Below are positions 16,896 to 26,713 of a stretch of 63,650 nt of DNA, piece after piece. Location: the NCBI GenBank assembly GCA_040235375.1, contig JBECKQ010000254.1, positions 1 through 63,650 on the forward strand, read 5' to 3'. The notes under the pieces are model-generated. The model saw only the letters and a list, made by a program, of their open reading frames with translations. It searched no databases and was not told the DNA's origin. Numbering within the stretch: the stretch's first letter is position 1; every line of letters begins with the position of its first letter. This DNA is from Phycisphaerae bacterium. GTDB lineage: Bacteria; Planctomycetota; Phycisphaerae; UBA1845. Made by a program: the position numbers and the translations under genes.

Positions 16896-17429
16896 ATGAT
16901 CGATTACGTCAAGGCCATTCTCAAAGGGCAGTTTGAGGCGGCGCTGTGTATGTTCGAGGAATGCGTGCGGCTCTGCCCCGACGAGCATTGGGACGGCAAA
17001 GTCGGCAAGTACGCTTTCTGGCACGTGGCCTATCACACGCTCTGCTGCACGGACGGGTATTTGTCGCCGGACGAGAAGTCGTTCGAGTTGCGTCCGATCC
17101 ATCCCGGCGGCTGGAAGGATCTGGAAGACGAGTACCCGAGCAGGCGATTCGAGAAGCCGGAAATCATCGACTATACGGCCGTATGCCGGCAGAAGGCGGC
17201 GGAAGCGATTGCGGCGGAGACGCACGCGTCGCTGGAAGGTCCGTCGGGCTTCGCGCGGAGGACGATTTCGCGCGGGGAGCTGTATATCTACAACACGCGA
17301 CATATTCAGCATCATACAGGACAGTTGGGCGCGTACCTGCGGCGGATCGGCGAGCCGCTGCAGAAGCCGGAGCTATTGAAGTGGGTGCAGAGCGGGTGGA
17401 ACGCCGCTGCGCCAAACCGCGTGCGCTGA
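16896..17429 (+). CDS. DinB superfamily protein
   Basis: 'FWHVAYHTLCCTD' and 'YNTRHIQHHTGQLGAYLRR', matching the His-triad four-helix-bundle pattern. Confidence 0.8.
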   Translation: MIDYVKAILKGQFEAALCMFEECVRLCPDEHWDGKVGKYAFWHVAYHTLCCTDGYLSPDEKSFELRPIHPGGWKDLEDEYPSRRFEKPEIIDYTAVCRQKAAEAIAAETHASLEGPSGFARRTISRGELYIYNTRHIQHHTGQLGAYLRRIGEPLQKPELLKWVQSGWNAAAPNRVR

Positions 17430-17509
17430 TTCTGGTAACATGATGACCGGGTGAGGGCCACGGCCTGGTATCGCTGCCGGAGAGGATCTTTTTCTGCGGG
17501 AGGTGCCGT

Positions 17510-20500
17510 GTGGTGTCATTTCGAAGTGTCGCGCTTGTCTGTGCAGCGGTGCTCTGGCCGGCCGATATGGTGCGGGCGGATGTGGATCTGCTGGCGAAGT
17601 ATCCGACGACGCTGATTGCGGGGGATACCGAGCCGGGTAACGCCTGCGAGTGGTCGTTCGAGCCGGAGGACATCTACGAAGTCAGCGGGTTCCGGCTGGA
17701 AGCCGTGGACGACTCGAAACCCGAGGGCGAGCAGCGGCTGGCGGTCACGATCGGTCCGGCCGACGTGGGGATTGGTCACTGCGAGCGCGGGGCGGTATGG
17801 GCGATCGTGATTCCGCGCGCGACGAGGAACGCCGCGGGCGGCAGCCCGGCCGGTTCGCAGGCCACGTTGAAAAGCTGGTTAGCAAAGGACGCGGAAGAAA
17901 TCGACCACGTCTGGCTGCGGTTTCACCCGCGGAAGATCACGATGCTCTTTCCGCCGGCTACTGTCGTCGGACCGGGCGATGCCGGGCAACTCCACCGGAT
18001 GCAGCGGATCGTTGCCGCCAAGTTCACCTCGAGCTGGCATGCCGGCATGGGAGCGATGATTCCGGATCCAAACTACACGACCGTGGATCTGGACACGACG
18101 GGCGGCGTGCGGCGGTTCTTCAGCGTCGAGGCGACCAAGGCCGGCGGGGCGACAGGCGAGCCGCCGTGGCCGGCCAAGCTGACGTACATCCCGGCGTTCG
18201 AGTCGCGGGTCGTGCCGGCCGAGGAGCCGATCGATCGCGCCGCGGCGGAGGCCGGCTTTGACATGGTATGGACCGAGTTCGACCGGCGATACGCGATGTT
18301 CGTGCTCCGGCCGGATGTCGATTGGGCCAAGCTCCGCGACGAGTACCGGCCGAAGGCCGTCGCGGCGAAGACGCGATACGAGTTCGCGTGCGTGCTGGCG
18401 GACATGCTGCGCAGCCTGCGCGATTTGCATATCTGGGTGAAGGTTGGCCCCGAGTACGTGCCGGTGTTCAACCGGCCGCGGGCGAGCAATGCGAATCCGC
18501 AGGCGTACGCCAAGCTGATCGGTGATGTGCGTCTCGCGGGCTCGGCGGTGCAGTGGGGCCGGACGGCTGACGGCGTCGGGTTCATCGCCATACACGGCTG
18601 GTCAGACAACGCGATTTCACAGCAGGTGGACGAGGCCCTCGATCAGTTGCGCGACACGCGCGGGCTGATTCTCGACGTGCGGCTCAACGGCGGCGGCGAC
18701 GAGGTGCTGGCCCGGCAGGTAGCCGGGCGGTTCGCGGATCGCGAGATCGTTTATGCCTACAGCCAGTATCGCAACGGGCCGAAGCACGAGGACCTGACGG
18801 AACGCCTGCCGCGGTCGGTGCAGCCGCGCGGTGCGTGGCGCTACGATCGGCCGGTGATCGTGCTGATTGGCCAGAAGTGCATGAGCAGCAACGAGTCGTT
18901 CGTGGCCATGATGGGCGAGTGCCCCAACGTGACGCTGATGGGGGATCGGACGTGCGGGTCGAGCGGGAACCCGGCGATCCTGACACCGGTCGAAGGGCTG
19001 ACGGTAAGCCTGCCGCAGTGGATCGATCTGCTGCCGGACGGGTCGCCGCTGGACAAGCGTGGCGTGCAGCCGGACGTGCCGTTTGCAGCTGCGGAGGATG
19101 CCTTTTCGGGGGACGACGATCCGTTGCTGGCGGCGGCGCTCGAGCGGATGCACCGCGAGCCGAAGCCCGCCGAGCCGATCGCGACGCCGAATCCGGAGCC
19201 GAAGGAGTCTGCCGAGACGCCGGTGGCCATACCGGGCGCGCCGACGGCGGCGCAGAGCGAGAGCGTTAACCGGCCGAAGGTCGTGGAGGTGTGGCCGGCG
19301 GACGGAGCGACGGACGTACCGCTGGATGCGCGGTTGCGGATCCGGTTCGACCGGCCGATGGACCCGCACCAGATCACGCTGCAGTGGCAGGCGGGTGGGT
19401 ATTGCGATAGCAGGCAACCGGAGTACAACGCGGCGAAGAACGAATTCGTGTTTCCCTTGCAGTTGCCGCCGGAAACGCGGCAGACGGTGCAGGTGAATCC
19501 GCGATTCGGCCGCCACGAGCCGGAAGGTTTCGAGTCGGAGGACGGCGTGGACGCTCAGTCATACACGTGGTCATTCACCACGGCGGCGGCAACGGTCGTT
19601 GCGGATGCGGAAGCGCCGAAGGTCGTTTCCATCGAGCCGCCGCTGAGATCGGAAACGGCACTCATCCAGCCGGTGGTTGTGCGGTTCGACCAGCCGATGG
19701 ATCCCAAGCGCTATGTCTTTGCTTCGCTCGCCGGCGATTGGCTGACCAGCGCGAACGCCTTGCCGTACGTGCGCTACAACGATGATCAGCACGCGTTTTC
19801 CTTCGTGTTGAGGCTGCCCGTGGGGGCCGAAGGGCGCGTGCAGATTCGCGAGCTTTACAGTGTGAACGGTCGCCACGCGGACCCGGTGACGCTGACGTAC
19901 CGGGCATCGGACGCTCTCGTTCCCGACGACGTGCGGCGACGTTTCGGAAGGTGCCGCCAGGACCCGAAGTTGCTCGACGTGCTGCAGAAGATGAAGGCGG
20001 CGCGGGCGAACTTGCGATCCACGGTCGAGACGGTCGCGGACGTTCAGTTGGTCTACGGCGAGAACGGCGGCATGTCCATCCGCGGCTGGGCAAGCGTGTT
20101 CAAGATGCAGGGTGAGCGGCAGTTTATCGGTGACGTGAGCGGGATCATGCGAATTCCCTTCGTGGTGGGGTCGGATGGCCGGCAGTGCTGGCTGTACTGC
20201 CGGAGCGACAGCGAAACGCTGTCGGCGTGCCCATACGAGGATGTGAAAGAGAAGAACGTCTGCCTGTGTGATCCGTTTGACTTGCTGTCTTGCGAGGTGG
20301 GCGAGCGCGTCAAGGACCTGTACATCGAGTACCTCGGCGAGGAGACGGTGTCAGGGCGGCGATGCCACGTGATCTCTGCGTGGTACGCCGAGCGGCGAGA
20401 CCAGAGGGTCACGTGCGACATCAATCGCTGGTGGATCGACGCCGAGACCTGGCGGCCGGTGATGCTGGTGCAGGACATAGGCATCAACCTGCGGTCGATA

Positions 20501-20707
20501 CGGCGGTTTGATTACGAGCGCGTGAATGACGACTTGCCGATCGCGGAGTTTCAGCCGCGAATCAAGAGCGAAGCCGGCCCGCCGGAGCCGTTGGGCGAAG
20601 GCTACGACCGGTACTTCCTGAACGTAAAGGACGGCAGCGACGGATACATGAGCGTCCGCTGGGGCAAGAAGGGCGAAAAAGGCACATACAGCGGCGGGCT
20701 GAACTGA
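17510..20707 (+). CDS. Large secreted S41-family peptidase with Ig-like (SbsA/Big_5-type) repeats and a C-terminal domain of unknown function
   Basis: GTG start with GGGAGG upstream. S41 signatures 'LILDVRLNGGGDE' and 'VLIGQKCMSSNESFVAMM'. Two 'P(K/E)VV(E/S)..P....(T/S).....VRFD(R/Q)PMDP' modules. Confidence 0.85.
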   Translation: MVSFRSVALVCAAVLWPADMVRADVDLLAKYPTTLIAGDTEPGNACEWSFEPEDIYEVSGFRLEAVDDSKPEGEQRLAVTIGPADVGIGHCERGAVWAIVIPRATRNAAGGSPAGSQATLKSWLAKDAEEIDHVWLRFHPRKITMLFPPATVVGPGDAGQLHRMQRIVAAKFTSSWHAGMGAMIPDPNYTTVDLDTTGGVRRFFSVEATKAGGATGEPPWPAKLTYIPAFESRVVPAEEPIDRAAAEAGFDMVWTEFDRRYAMFVLRPDVDWAKLRDEYRPKAVAAKTRYEFACVLADMLRSLRDLHIWVKVGPEYVPVFNRPRASNANPQAYAKLIGDVRLAGSAVQWGRTADGVGFIAIHGWSDNAISQQVDEALDQLRDTRGLILDVRLNGGGDEVLARQVAGRFADREIVYAYSQYRNGPKHEDLTERLPRSVQPRGAWRYDRPVIVLIGQKCMSSNESFVAMMGECPNVTLMGDRTCGSSGNPAILTPVEGLTVSLPQWIDLLPDGSPLDKRGVQPDVPFAAAEDAFSGDDDPLLAAALERMHREPKPAEPIATPNPEPKESAETPVAIPGAPTAAQSESVNRPKVVEVWPADGATDVPLDARLRIRFDRPMDPHQITLQWQAGGYCDSRQPEYNAAKNEFVFPLQLPPETRQTVQVNPRFGRHEPEGFESEDGVDAQSYTWSFTTAAATVVADAEAPKVVSIEPPLRSETALIQPVVVRFDQPMDPKRYVFASLAGDWLTSANALPYVRYNDDQHAFSFVLRLPVGAEGRVQIRELYSVNGRHADPVTLTYRASDALVPDDVRRRFGRCRQDPKLLDVLQKMKAARANLRSTVETVADVQLVYGENGGMSIRGWASVFKMQGERQFIGDVSGIMRIPFVVGSDGRQCWLYCRSDSETLSACPYEDVKEKNVCLCDPFDLLSCEVGERVKDLYIEYLGEETVSGRRCHVISAWYAERRDQRVTCDINRWWIDAETWRPVMLVQDIGINLRSIRRFDYERVNDDLPIAEFQPRIKSEAGPPEPLGEGYDRYFLNVKDGSDGYMSVRWGKKGEKGTYSGGLN

Positions 20708-20737
20708 GGGCGATCGACGTATCGCTCCGCGGCGATG

Positions 20738-21733
20738 TCAGCCGACGGGGGCCGGCAGGTATCCGAGCAGTTCCTCCAGCGTGTAGACGCTTCCGCACTC
20801 CGGACAGCGCGCCTGATTGAGGCCCGCCAGGCAGTATCCGCAATTCGGGCAACGCAGCCGATCCTCGATCGACTGCGTGCCGAATTCACGCCATTGCCAG
20901 TACCGCGCTGATGCAGCAAACCACACGGCGGCTCCGAGCAGCGGCCCGACGTAATGGAGAACCTCCGTCACATCGCCTGTTCGCGGTATCCACGGTGAGC
21001 CACATGCCGACCCGAGCAGGACCGCCGCGGCGATGAGCGTTCCTCTACGGGACGCCTGGTCCCAGATTACCGAAGCACGCCAGATCACGAGCCAGGCGAC
21101 GATCGTGATGACGGCCCCCACGGTGTGGGCAACCGTGAGGCTCAACCGCTCAGACAGGTTCAACAAATCGTCGCATGCTACGCCGACGATCGCCCAGATG
21201 CCGGTGACGAAGGGGAGCAAAGCGAACCCGGTAATCATCCTGGCCACGAGAGGGGACATCTGTTGCCTCCGGTTCCTGATCACGTGCGAGAGACGCTCGC
21301 TCGTCCACTTGGTCGACAGGGAACGCCACAGAAGCCAAACGATTGTTCCGGACCACAGTCCCAGCAGGGTCGCGCTCTGGCCCACGCGCAGGACATCCTC
21401 TCTGACGCAGCCCGCTTGCCAGAGGGGCTGCCAGACGAGGAGATTGATCATGGCGATGCCCGTGGCCGAGCCCGCTCCAACGGCTCGCCGCAAAGTCCAG
21501 CGGATGAGGCGACGCCAGATCCACAACCACCCGGTCATGGCGATCAGCGAGCCGACGAACGTAAACCAGAAGCTGTCCTCGCGGCCAAAGGAGTCCGGCA
21601 GCCCGGCCGCAGCAAGCAGAGCCAGCCCCACGGTCGCGGGAGTCAGCGCCATGGCCATGCCGTACCGGCTGACCGCTGACGACACTCGGGTGCGAGCTAT
21701 GCGCTCCGCTAGATTGAGCCATGCGCGTGTCAT
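20738..21733 (-). CDS. Polytopic membrane protein with C-terminal CGY...CPECG zinc ribbon
   Basis: About 8 hydrophobic segments, then the C-terminus 'RLRCPNCGYCLAGLNQARCPECGSVYTLEE'. Confidence 0.65.
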   Translation of the reverse strand: MTRAWLNLAERIARTRVSSAVSRYGMAMALTPATVGLALLAAAGLPDSFGREDSFWFTFVGSLIAMTGWLWIWRRLIRWTLRRAVGAGSATGIAMINLLVWQPLWQAGCVREDVLRVGQSATLLGLWSGTIVWLLWRSLSTKWTSERLSHVIRNRRQQMSPLVARMITGFALLPFVTGIWAIVGVACDDLLNLSERLSLTVAHTVGAVITIVAWLVIWRASVIWDQASRRGTLIAAAVLLGSACGSPWIPRTGDVTEVLHYVGPLLGAAVWFAASARYWQWREFGTQSIEDRLRCPNCGYCLAGLNQARCPECGSVYTLEELLGYLPAPVG

Positions 21734-22059
21734 CGGTCCCCATTCGCCCCGTTAAGGCGTCGCGTTCTTGTGACCGCCACTAACCGACGATCCAACGAGT
21801 ATACGCGATGAAGCCGAATGCGCGGCAAACGAGGTTCGCGGGCTGCACGCCGGCCTGCCGCGCACCGGAAACGGCTGTTGCGCGCTACTCCGATCACGCG
21901 GACGCGTAGCGGATCACAGCCGCTGGGCGCAAGCCCGCGGTCCGAGCCACGGCAGGTCAACGCCGTGGCCCCGTGGTGGGCAAACCGGAGGCATGGTGAG
22001 GCGAAGAGCGCTTCCAGCGGTACGTTCGGCCACGGGACGCGCCGGGCGGCCCGCTCGCC

Positions 22060-22087
22060 TTGACACGACACCGGGGGCAAGTACGAT
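22060..22087 (+). promoter_or_regulatory. Sigma70-like promoter candidate, TTGACA-N16-TACGAT
   Basis: Perfect -35 at 22060-22065 and -10 TACGAT at 22082-22087. It would give a leader of about 400 nt to the 22494 start. Confidence 0.3.
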
Positions 22088-22300
22088 CGCGCTGAATTTC
22101 GGCGGGTTTGGACGCCGGAACAGTCCGTCTTCGCTTGTCGGCGCGCAAGGTCGAGGATAGGCTAACGGATGAATGCGCGCAGGCCGCCGGTGGCCGGGAA
22201 CGATGCCGGCGGTGACGTGGACCCGTTTGAGACTGCCCCAGAACGCGACGCGGCTCCGCCATCGTTTGGCGCGGTGAGCCCGGAGCGGATCGCACTGCTC

Positions 22301-22318
22301 AAGAGCAGTGGCACACGG
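22301..22318. repeat. Dispersed 18-nt exact repeat aagagcagtggcacacgg (copy 1 of 2)
   Basis: Identical 18-mer at 38966-38983. The flanks are also similar (gcactgctc vs gcactatgca). Confidence 0.7.
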
Positions 22319-22493
22319 AAACAGCGTTGGCGCACGTGAGGGGTTGGCAGCGGACTGAAGTCCACCACCACACAACGAGGCGTCCGCGGACGCCGACGAA
22401 AAAGGAGGATGGCAAGTGACGGTTGGAGATTCGATCCAGGGCCGGGCTGGAGTTGCACGACCGCGGAGGCAGCGTCGACGCAGCGTGCCGGGG

Positions 22494-23582
22494 ATGGCCG
22501 TTGGCACGTCCGCCGTTCTCGTCGGGTTGCTGGTGGCGGCCGGCTGTTCGCAGCATCCGCTGGAGACGGGCTGGGCCAGTCCGCAGAAGGTGCAGTTGCA
22601 GTTCTATGCGCCGCCGGGTGCCACCGTGACGGTGCGGGACGGGCTGAACACGCGGAGTCACGAGGTGGCCGTCTACGGCTCGGACCATCGGCTGGAGAAC
22701 TCGCCGGAGGAGTTCGCCGTCTTCAACCTGGCCACCGGCAAGACGTATCCATTCAAGTACTCGACGGCAGAAGGCTTCCCCGGCGTCAGCATCTACGGCG
22801 AGCTGGACGTGCACGCCCCGCAGACGGCCGAAGCGGCCAAGTTCGTCCGCGAGGCGTTTGTGCCCATCCTGTTGCCGAGCAAGTACTACGATCGCGACGA
22901 GGAGCACTATTACCCCGTGCGCGGTCCGTCAGGCGTCGGACTGACCGAGCTCGAGGTGGAGCATCTCCGGCAGGGCGATCTGGTGACGAAGGTCTACTTC
23001 GTTGCCAATCTGGAGAACGCCTGGGCGAGCCTGCGGATGATCGATCGGCACATCGACCGGCTGCGATCAGCGGAGACCGTTCTGAATTCGCAACTGGAAT
23101 TCGTGGACGCCCGGTACCAGACGTATCGGGCGGAGTCGATTCACGCCGACCCGGTCTATGACACGCTCGTACGGTATCGTGATTCGTCGGGTTTCAACGA
23201 GCACTTCATCGAGCTCGAGGCCAAGCGGCAGGAGCTTCAGGACAAGCGGACCACCATTCGCGATCAAATCGACGACCTGCAGCAGGAAAAGCGCATTCGT
23301 ACGCGTCTGCTGGACACGATGAGCATCGTGAATCGGCAGGGGGCGCTGGTTCTGGCAACGCCGGAGACGCAGTGGCCCTATCACGATACGAAGGAACAGA
23401 TCTCCTTTGCCCGCCAGTATCCGGGCTTCGAAGTGGGGCCGAACTGCGACTTCAAAACGGGCGACATTACGATTCCGCGGCTGGGCGACGTGGTCGTGGT
23501 GATGCGGGTGGGCGGCCGGCACATGCACTGGGGCGATCCGCGGGCGGAGCTGAAGGTGTTCAATCCGGAAGGCGAACAATAG
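22494..23582 (+). CDS. Lipoprotein with coiled-coil C-terminal half, function unknown
   Basis: Start 'MAVGTSAVLVGLLVAAGCSQ' (lipobox). Heptad-like region 'FIELEAKRQELQDKRTTIRDQIDDLQQEKRIR'. Confidence 0.65.
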   Translation: MAVGTSAVLVGLLVAAGCSQHPLETGWASPQKVQLQFYAPPGATVTVRDGLNTRSHEVAVYGSDHRLENSPEEFAVFNLATGKTYPFKYSTAEGFPGVSIYGELDVHAPQTAEAAKFVREAFVPILLPSKYYDRDEEHYYPVRGPSGVGLTELEVEHLRQGDLVTKVYFVANLENAWASLRMIDRHIDRLRSAETVLNSQLEFVDARYQTYRAESIHADPVYDTLVRYRDSSGFNEHFIELEAKRQELQDKRTTIRDQIDDLQQEKRIRTRLLDTMSIVNRQGALVLATPETQWPYHDTKEQISFARQYPGFEVGPNCDFKTGDITIPRLGDVVVVMRVGGRHMHWGDPRAELKVFNPEGEQ

Positions 23583-23594
23583 GAGCATAAGGAC

Positions 23595-24842
23595 ATGACG
23601 GCGCAGGTACGGATCGGGCTTGGCGGTCGCTCGGCGGTTACGTTCGCGTTGTCCTTGGCGCTGCTGGTGGCGCTGGGCGGCTGCTCGCAGAAATCGGAGC
23701 TGGGCGAGCCGTCGCACGAGCGTTTTGGCAATGCCGGGGCTTTGCCTGATGGCTTCACACCGATGATCGGGCTCGACCCCAACAATCCGGACGACTATCC
23801 CGACAACTGGCCGCGCTTCATCGTGTGTGAAGCGGACAACATGATCATGGCCTACGTCGGCGGCGGCGTGTTTGAGATGGGCGAGGGGCCGAACTACCGG
23901 CGGGTCTATCTCGATCCGTATTACATCGACATTCACGAGGTGACCAACTCGCAGTTCGATCGCTTCCGCAAGGACGGCGGGCTGGCAACCGCGATGGACC
24001 GCGTGTGGCGGCGGCCATGGATCGAGAGCAACGCATTCCACGGGTACGCGAGCGAATCCTGGCCGCGGCTTACGCCGAAGCAGAAGCGCTATCCCGAAGT
24101 GCGCGACAATTTCCACTTCTGGGCGGGGCAGACGCCTGAGGATATCGACTTCTACCTCGACTACTGGGTGCCGGGCCTGAACAACGACGACCCCGTGCGG
24201 GCAGTCGCATGGTGGGAGGCGTGGCTCTACTCGAATTGGGCCGGCAAGACCCTGCCGACGGAAGCGCAATGGGAGCTTGCCGCGCGGGGCACGCAGGGAC
24301 ATCGCGAGTACCCGTGGGGCACCGAGACGGCCAAGGCGGAAATGCTGTGCAACAGCCTCGGGCCGCTCGACGACGCGGAGTACGTGGCTCCCGTGATGCA
24401 GTACGCGGGTGGCATCAGCCCGTACGGGTGCTACAACATGTCGGGCAACGTGTGGGAGTGGTGCTCGAATAACTATGACCCGTTCATCGCTGAGTTGCGG
24501 CATGACTGGCCTTGGGTTGGCCCACAGCCGTATGAGCCTCACAAGCGGCCGGGCGGGGCGATGGACGTCGACAGTGGCGTGGAGTTCAACCCGGTCGGGC
24601 CGCTGCAAGGCGATGAGCGCGTGCTGCGGGGCGGCTCGTATACCGATCCGATCACGCTGTGCAAGGTGACGAGCCGGCGAGGCGCCCGGCCGGACGTGCA
24701 CCAGATGAACTTCGGCTTCCGATGCGTGCTGCCCATCCCGCCGATCACGGAGGCTCCTGCCGAGCCGGCGCCGAGCGAAAGGACGACGATCGAGCAGCGC
24801 GAGGAGGTTCACGAGTCGGCCCCGAAAGAGGTCGTCGAGTGA
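23595..24842 (+). CDS. Formylglycine-generating-enzyme (SUMF1/FGE-sulfatase) domain lipoprotein
   Basis: Lipobox 'LLVALGGCSQ'. Also 'HEVTNSQFDRF', 'LPTEAQWELAARG', 'GNVWEWCSNNYD', 'RVLRGGSYT' and 'GFRCV'. Confidence 0.85.
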   Translation: MTAQVRIGLGGRSAVTFALSLALLVALGGCSQKSELGEPSHERFGNAGALPDGFTPMIGLDPNNPDDYPDNWPRFIVCEADNMIMAYVGGGVFEMGEGPNYRRVYLDPYYIDIHEVTNSQFDRFRKDGGLATAMDRVWRRPWIESNAFHGYASESWPRLTPKQKRYPEVRDNFHFWAGQTPEDIDFYLDYWVPGLNNDDPVRAVAWWEAWLYSNWAGKTLPTEAQWELAARGTQGHREYPWGTETAKAEMLCNSLGPLDDAEYVAPVMQYAGGISPYGCYNMSGNVWEWCSNNYDPFIAELRHDWPWVGPQPYEPHKRPGGAMDVDSGVEFNPVGPLQGDERVLRGGSYTDPITLCKVTSRRGARPDVHQMNFGFRCVLPIPPITEAPAEPAPSERTTIEQREEVHESAPKEVVE

Positions 24843-25010
24843 ACGCGTCGCTCTGTTGACGAGTCATCGTGGCGGCTGCCCCTCCGGTGGGGTAGCCGCT
24901 TTTTTTATGTGCCGGCCGGACTATGATCGCGGCGCGTCGGCGAAACTCCGTGCGTGTCCGTGCCGGCGGTCGGCGAACGGCCGCGCGGGAACCTCCATCG
25001 AGGCGAAGAC

Positions 25011-26708
25011 ATGGCCACAACCGCAATCAGGCGTGCTCTGATCAGCGTGTACGACAAAACGGGTGCCGTCGAGTTCGCTCGTGCTTTGCACGACGACTTC
25101 GGCGTCGAGATCATTTCGACCGGAGGCACCGCTCGGGCGCTGCAACAGGCCGGCATTCCGGTGACGCTCGTCGAGCAGATCACCGGCTGCGGCGAAATGC
25201 TCGACGGGCGGGTGAAGACGCTGCACCCCAACATCCACGCGGCCATCCTTGCCGATCGGGACAACCCCGGCCACGTGCGGCAGTTGTCCCGCGCCGGGAT
25301 CGAGCCGATCGACATGGTTGTGGTCAACCTGTACCCGTTCGAACGGACCATCGCCGACCCGGCATGCACTCTGGAGCAGGCGGTGGAGATGATCGACATC
25401 GGCGGTCCGTGCCTGCTGCGGGCCGCGGCGAAGAACCACAAGTCAGTTGTTGTCGTATGCCGGACCGAGCAGTACGACACGATCCTTCAGTCCATGCGGC
25501 AGGGCGTGCCATCCGATCAGCGAATGCGGATCGACTTGGCCGCCGAGGCGTTTGCCGCCACGAACGACTACGACGACGCGATCAGTGATTACTTCATCGA
25601 CGTGCTCTACCCGGATCGGCGGGAGCAGAAGGACCGCAACGCGCCAGAGCTCGGCGAGATTCTACCGGCCATGGCGGATTGGGACGCCACGCTCGAAGCC
25701 AAGCTTCGGTACGGTGAGAACCCGCATCAGGATGCGGGTGTGTACGAGCCCATCTTTGGGGAATGGGAAGGGGGAATCGATGCGGCGAACCTGGTCTTAT
25801 CGAAGGTTCTGCAAGGGGAAATGTCGTTCAACAATTACGTCGATGCCAACGCCGCGTTCGAACTCTGCCGCGAGATCGCAATCGGACAATCGGGGGCGGC
25901 GGTCGCGGTCTTCGTGAAGCACACGAACCCCTGCGGCGTCGGCGTTGCCGCAGACGCGGTTGAGGCGTACCGGCTGGCGTACCTGGGCGACGCGGGCGCT
26001 GCGTTCGGCGGTGTGCTGGCGATCAGCGAGCGCGTGGACGCGCGTATCGCCGAAGCCGTCATGGCGTCCTTCGACCGGTGGGGTCAGGCCGCCGGCGCGA
26101 GCGGCTTCTTCGCCGAAGTGTGGGTCGCGCCGTCGTTCGATCGCGAAGCGATCGAGTTGATGCATAAGGCGAAGGCATGGGGGCAACGAGTGCGGCTTTT
26201 GCCCGTTGCGGACATGTTGAATCCGCCGAACGTAGACGAGCTCGATTTCAAGAAGATCGCCGGCGGCATGCTCGTTCAGACACGCGACCTGCCGGGGCTC
26301 AACGAGGATGAATGGCAGGTCGTGACGAAGCGCGAGCCGTCGGAGAGCGAGTGGAAGGACCTGCGCCTTGCCTGGCTGGTCTGCAAGCATACGAAGAGCA
26401 ACGCGATAAGCATCTGTCGCGACGGCCAACTTCTCGGCAGCGGCGCGGGGCAGATGAGCCGCGTAGTGAGCTGCCGGATCGCCTCCTGGCTCGCGAAAGA
26501 GAACGGCCACGCGCAGTCGCTCACCGGTTCTGTGGCGGCGTCGGACGCGTTCTTTCCGTTCCGCGACGGTCCGGATATCCTCGCTGACGCCGGCGTCACC
26601 GCCATCATTCAACCCGGCGGATCGAAACGCGACAGCGAGATCGTCGAGGCGTGCACCAAACGGGACATCGCCATGGTCTTCACCGGCACGCGTCATTTCC
26701 GGCATTGA
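25011..26708 (+). CDS. purH: Bifunctional AICAR formyltransferase / IMP cyclohydrolase
   Basis: Start 'MATTAIRRALISVYDKTGAVEFAR'. Also 'DGRVKTLHPNIH', 'VVNLYPF', 'KHTNPCGVG' and 'SDAFFPFRD'. Confidence 0.95.
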   Translation: MATTAIRRALISVYDKTGAVEFARALHDDFGVEIISTGGTARALQQAGIPVTLVEQITGCGEMLDGRVKTLHPNIHAAILADRDNPGHVRQLSRAGIEPIDMVVVNLYPFERTIADPACTLEQAVEMIDIGGPCLLRAAAKNHKSVVVVCRTEQYDTILQSMRQGVPSDQRMRIDLAAEAFAATNDYDDAISDYFIDVLYPDRREQKDRNAPELGEILPAMADWDATLEAKLRYGENPHQDAGVYEPIFGEWEGGIDAANLVLSKVLQGEMSFNNYVDANAAFELCREIAIGQSGAAVAVFVKHTNPCGVGVAADAVEAYRLAYLGDAGAAFGGVLAISERVDARIAEAVMASFDRWGQAAGASGFFAEVWVAPSFDREAIELMHKAKAWGQRVRLLPVADMLNPPNVDELDFKKIAGGMLVQTRDLPGLNEDEWQVVTKREPSESEWKDLRLAWLVCKHTKSNAISICRDGQLLGSGAGQMSRVVSCRIASWLAKENGHAQSLTGSVAASDAFFPFRDGPDILADAGVTAIIQPGGSKRDSEIVEACTKRDIAMVFTGTRHFRH

Positions 26709-26713
26709 CAGCG

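Noticed and set aside
23067-24812. 581-aa minus-strand ORF opposite the lipoprotein and FGE-domain genes
   Set aside because: It is an antisense artefact with no motifs and is Arg/His/Pro-rich. Similar ORFs at 10177..11574, 50395..51921, 55743..56600 and 62126..62965 were rejected for the same reason.
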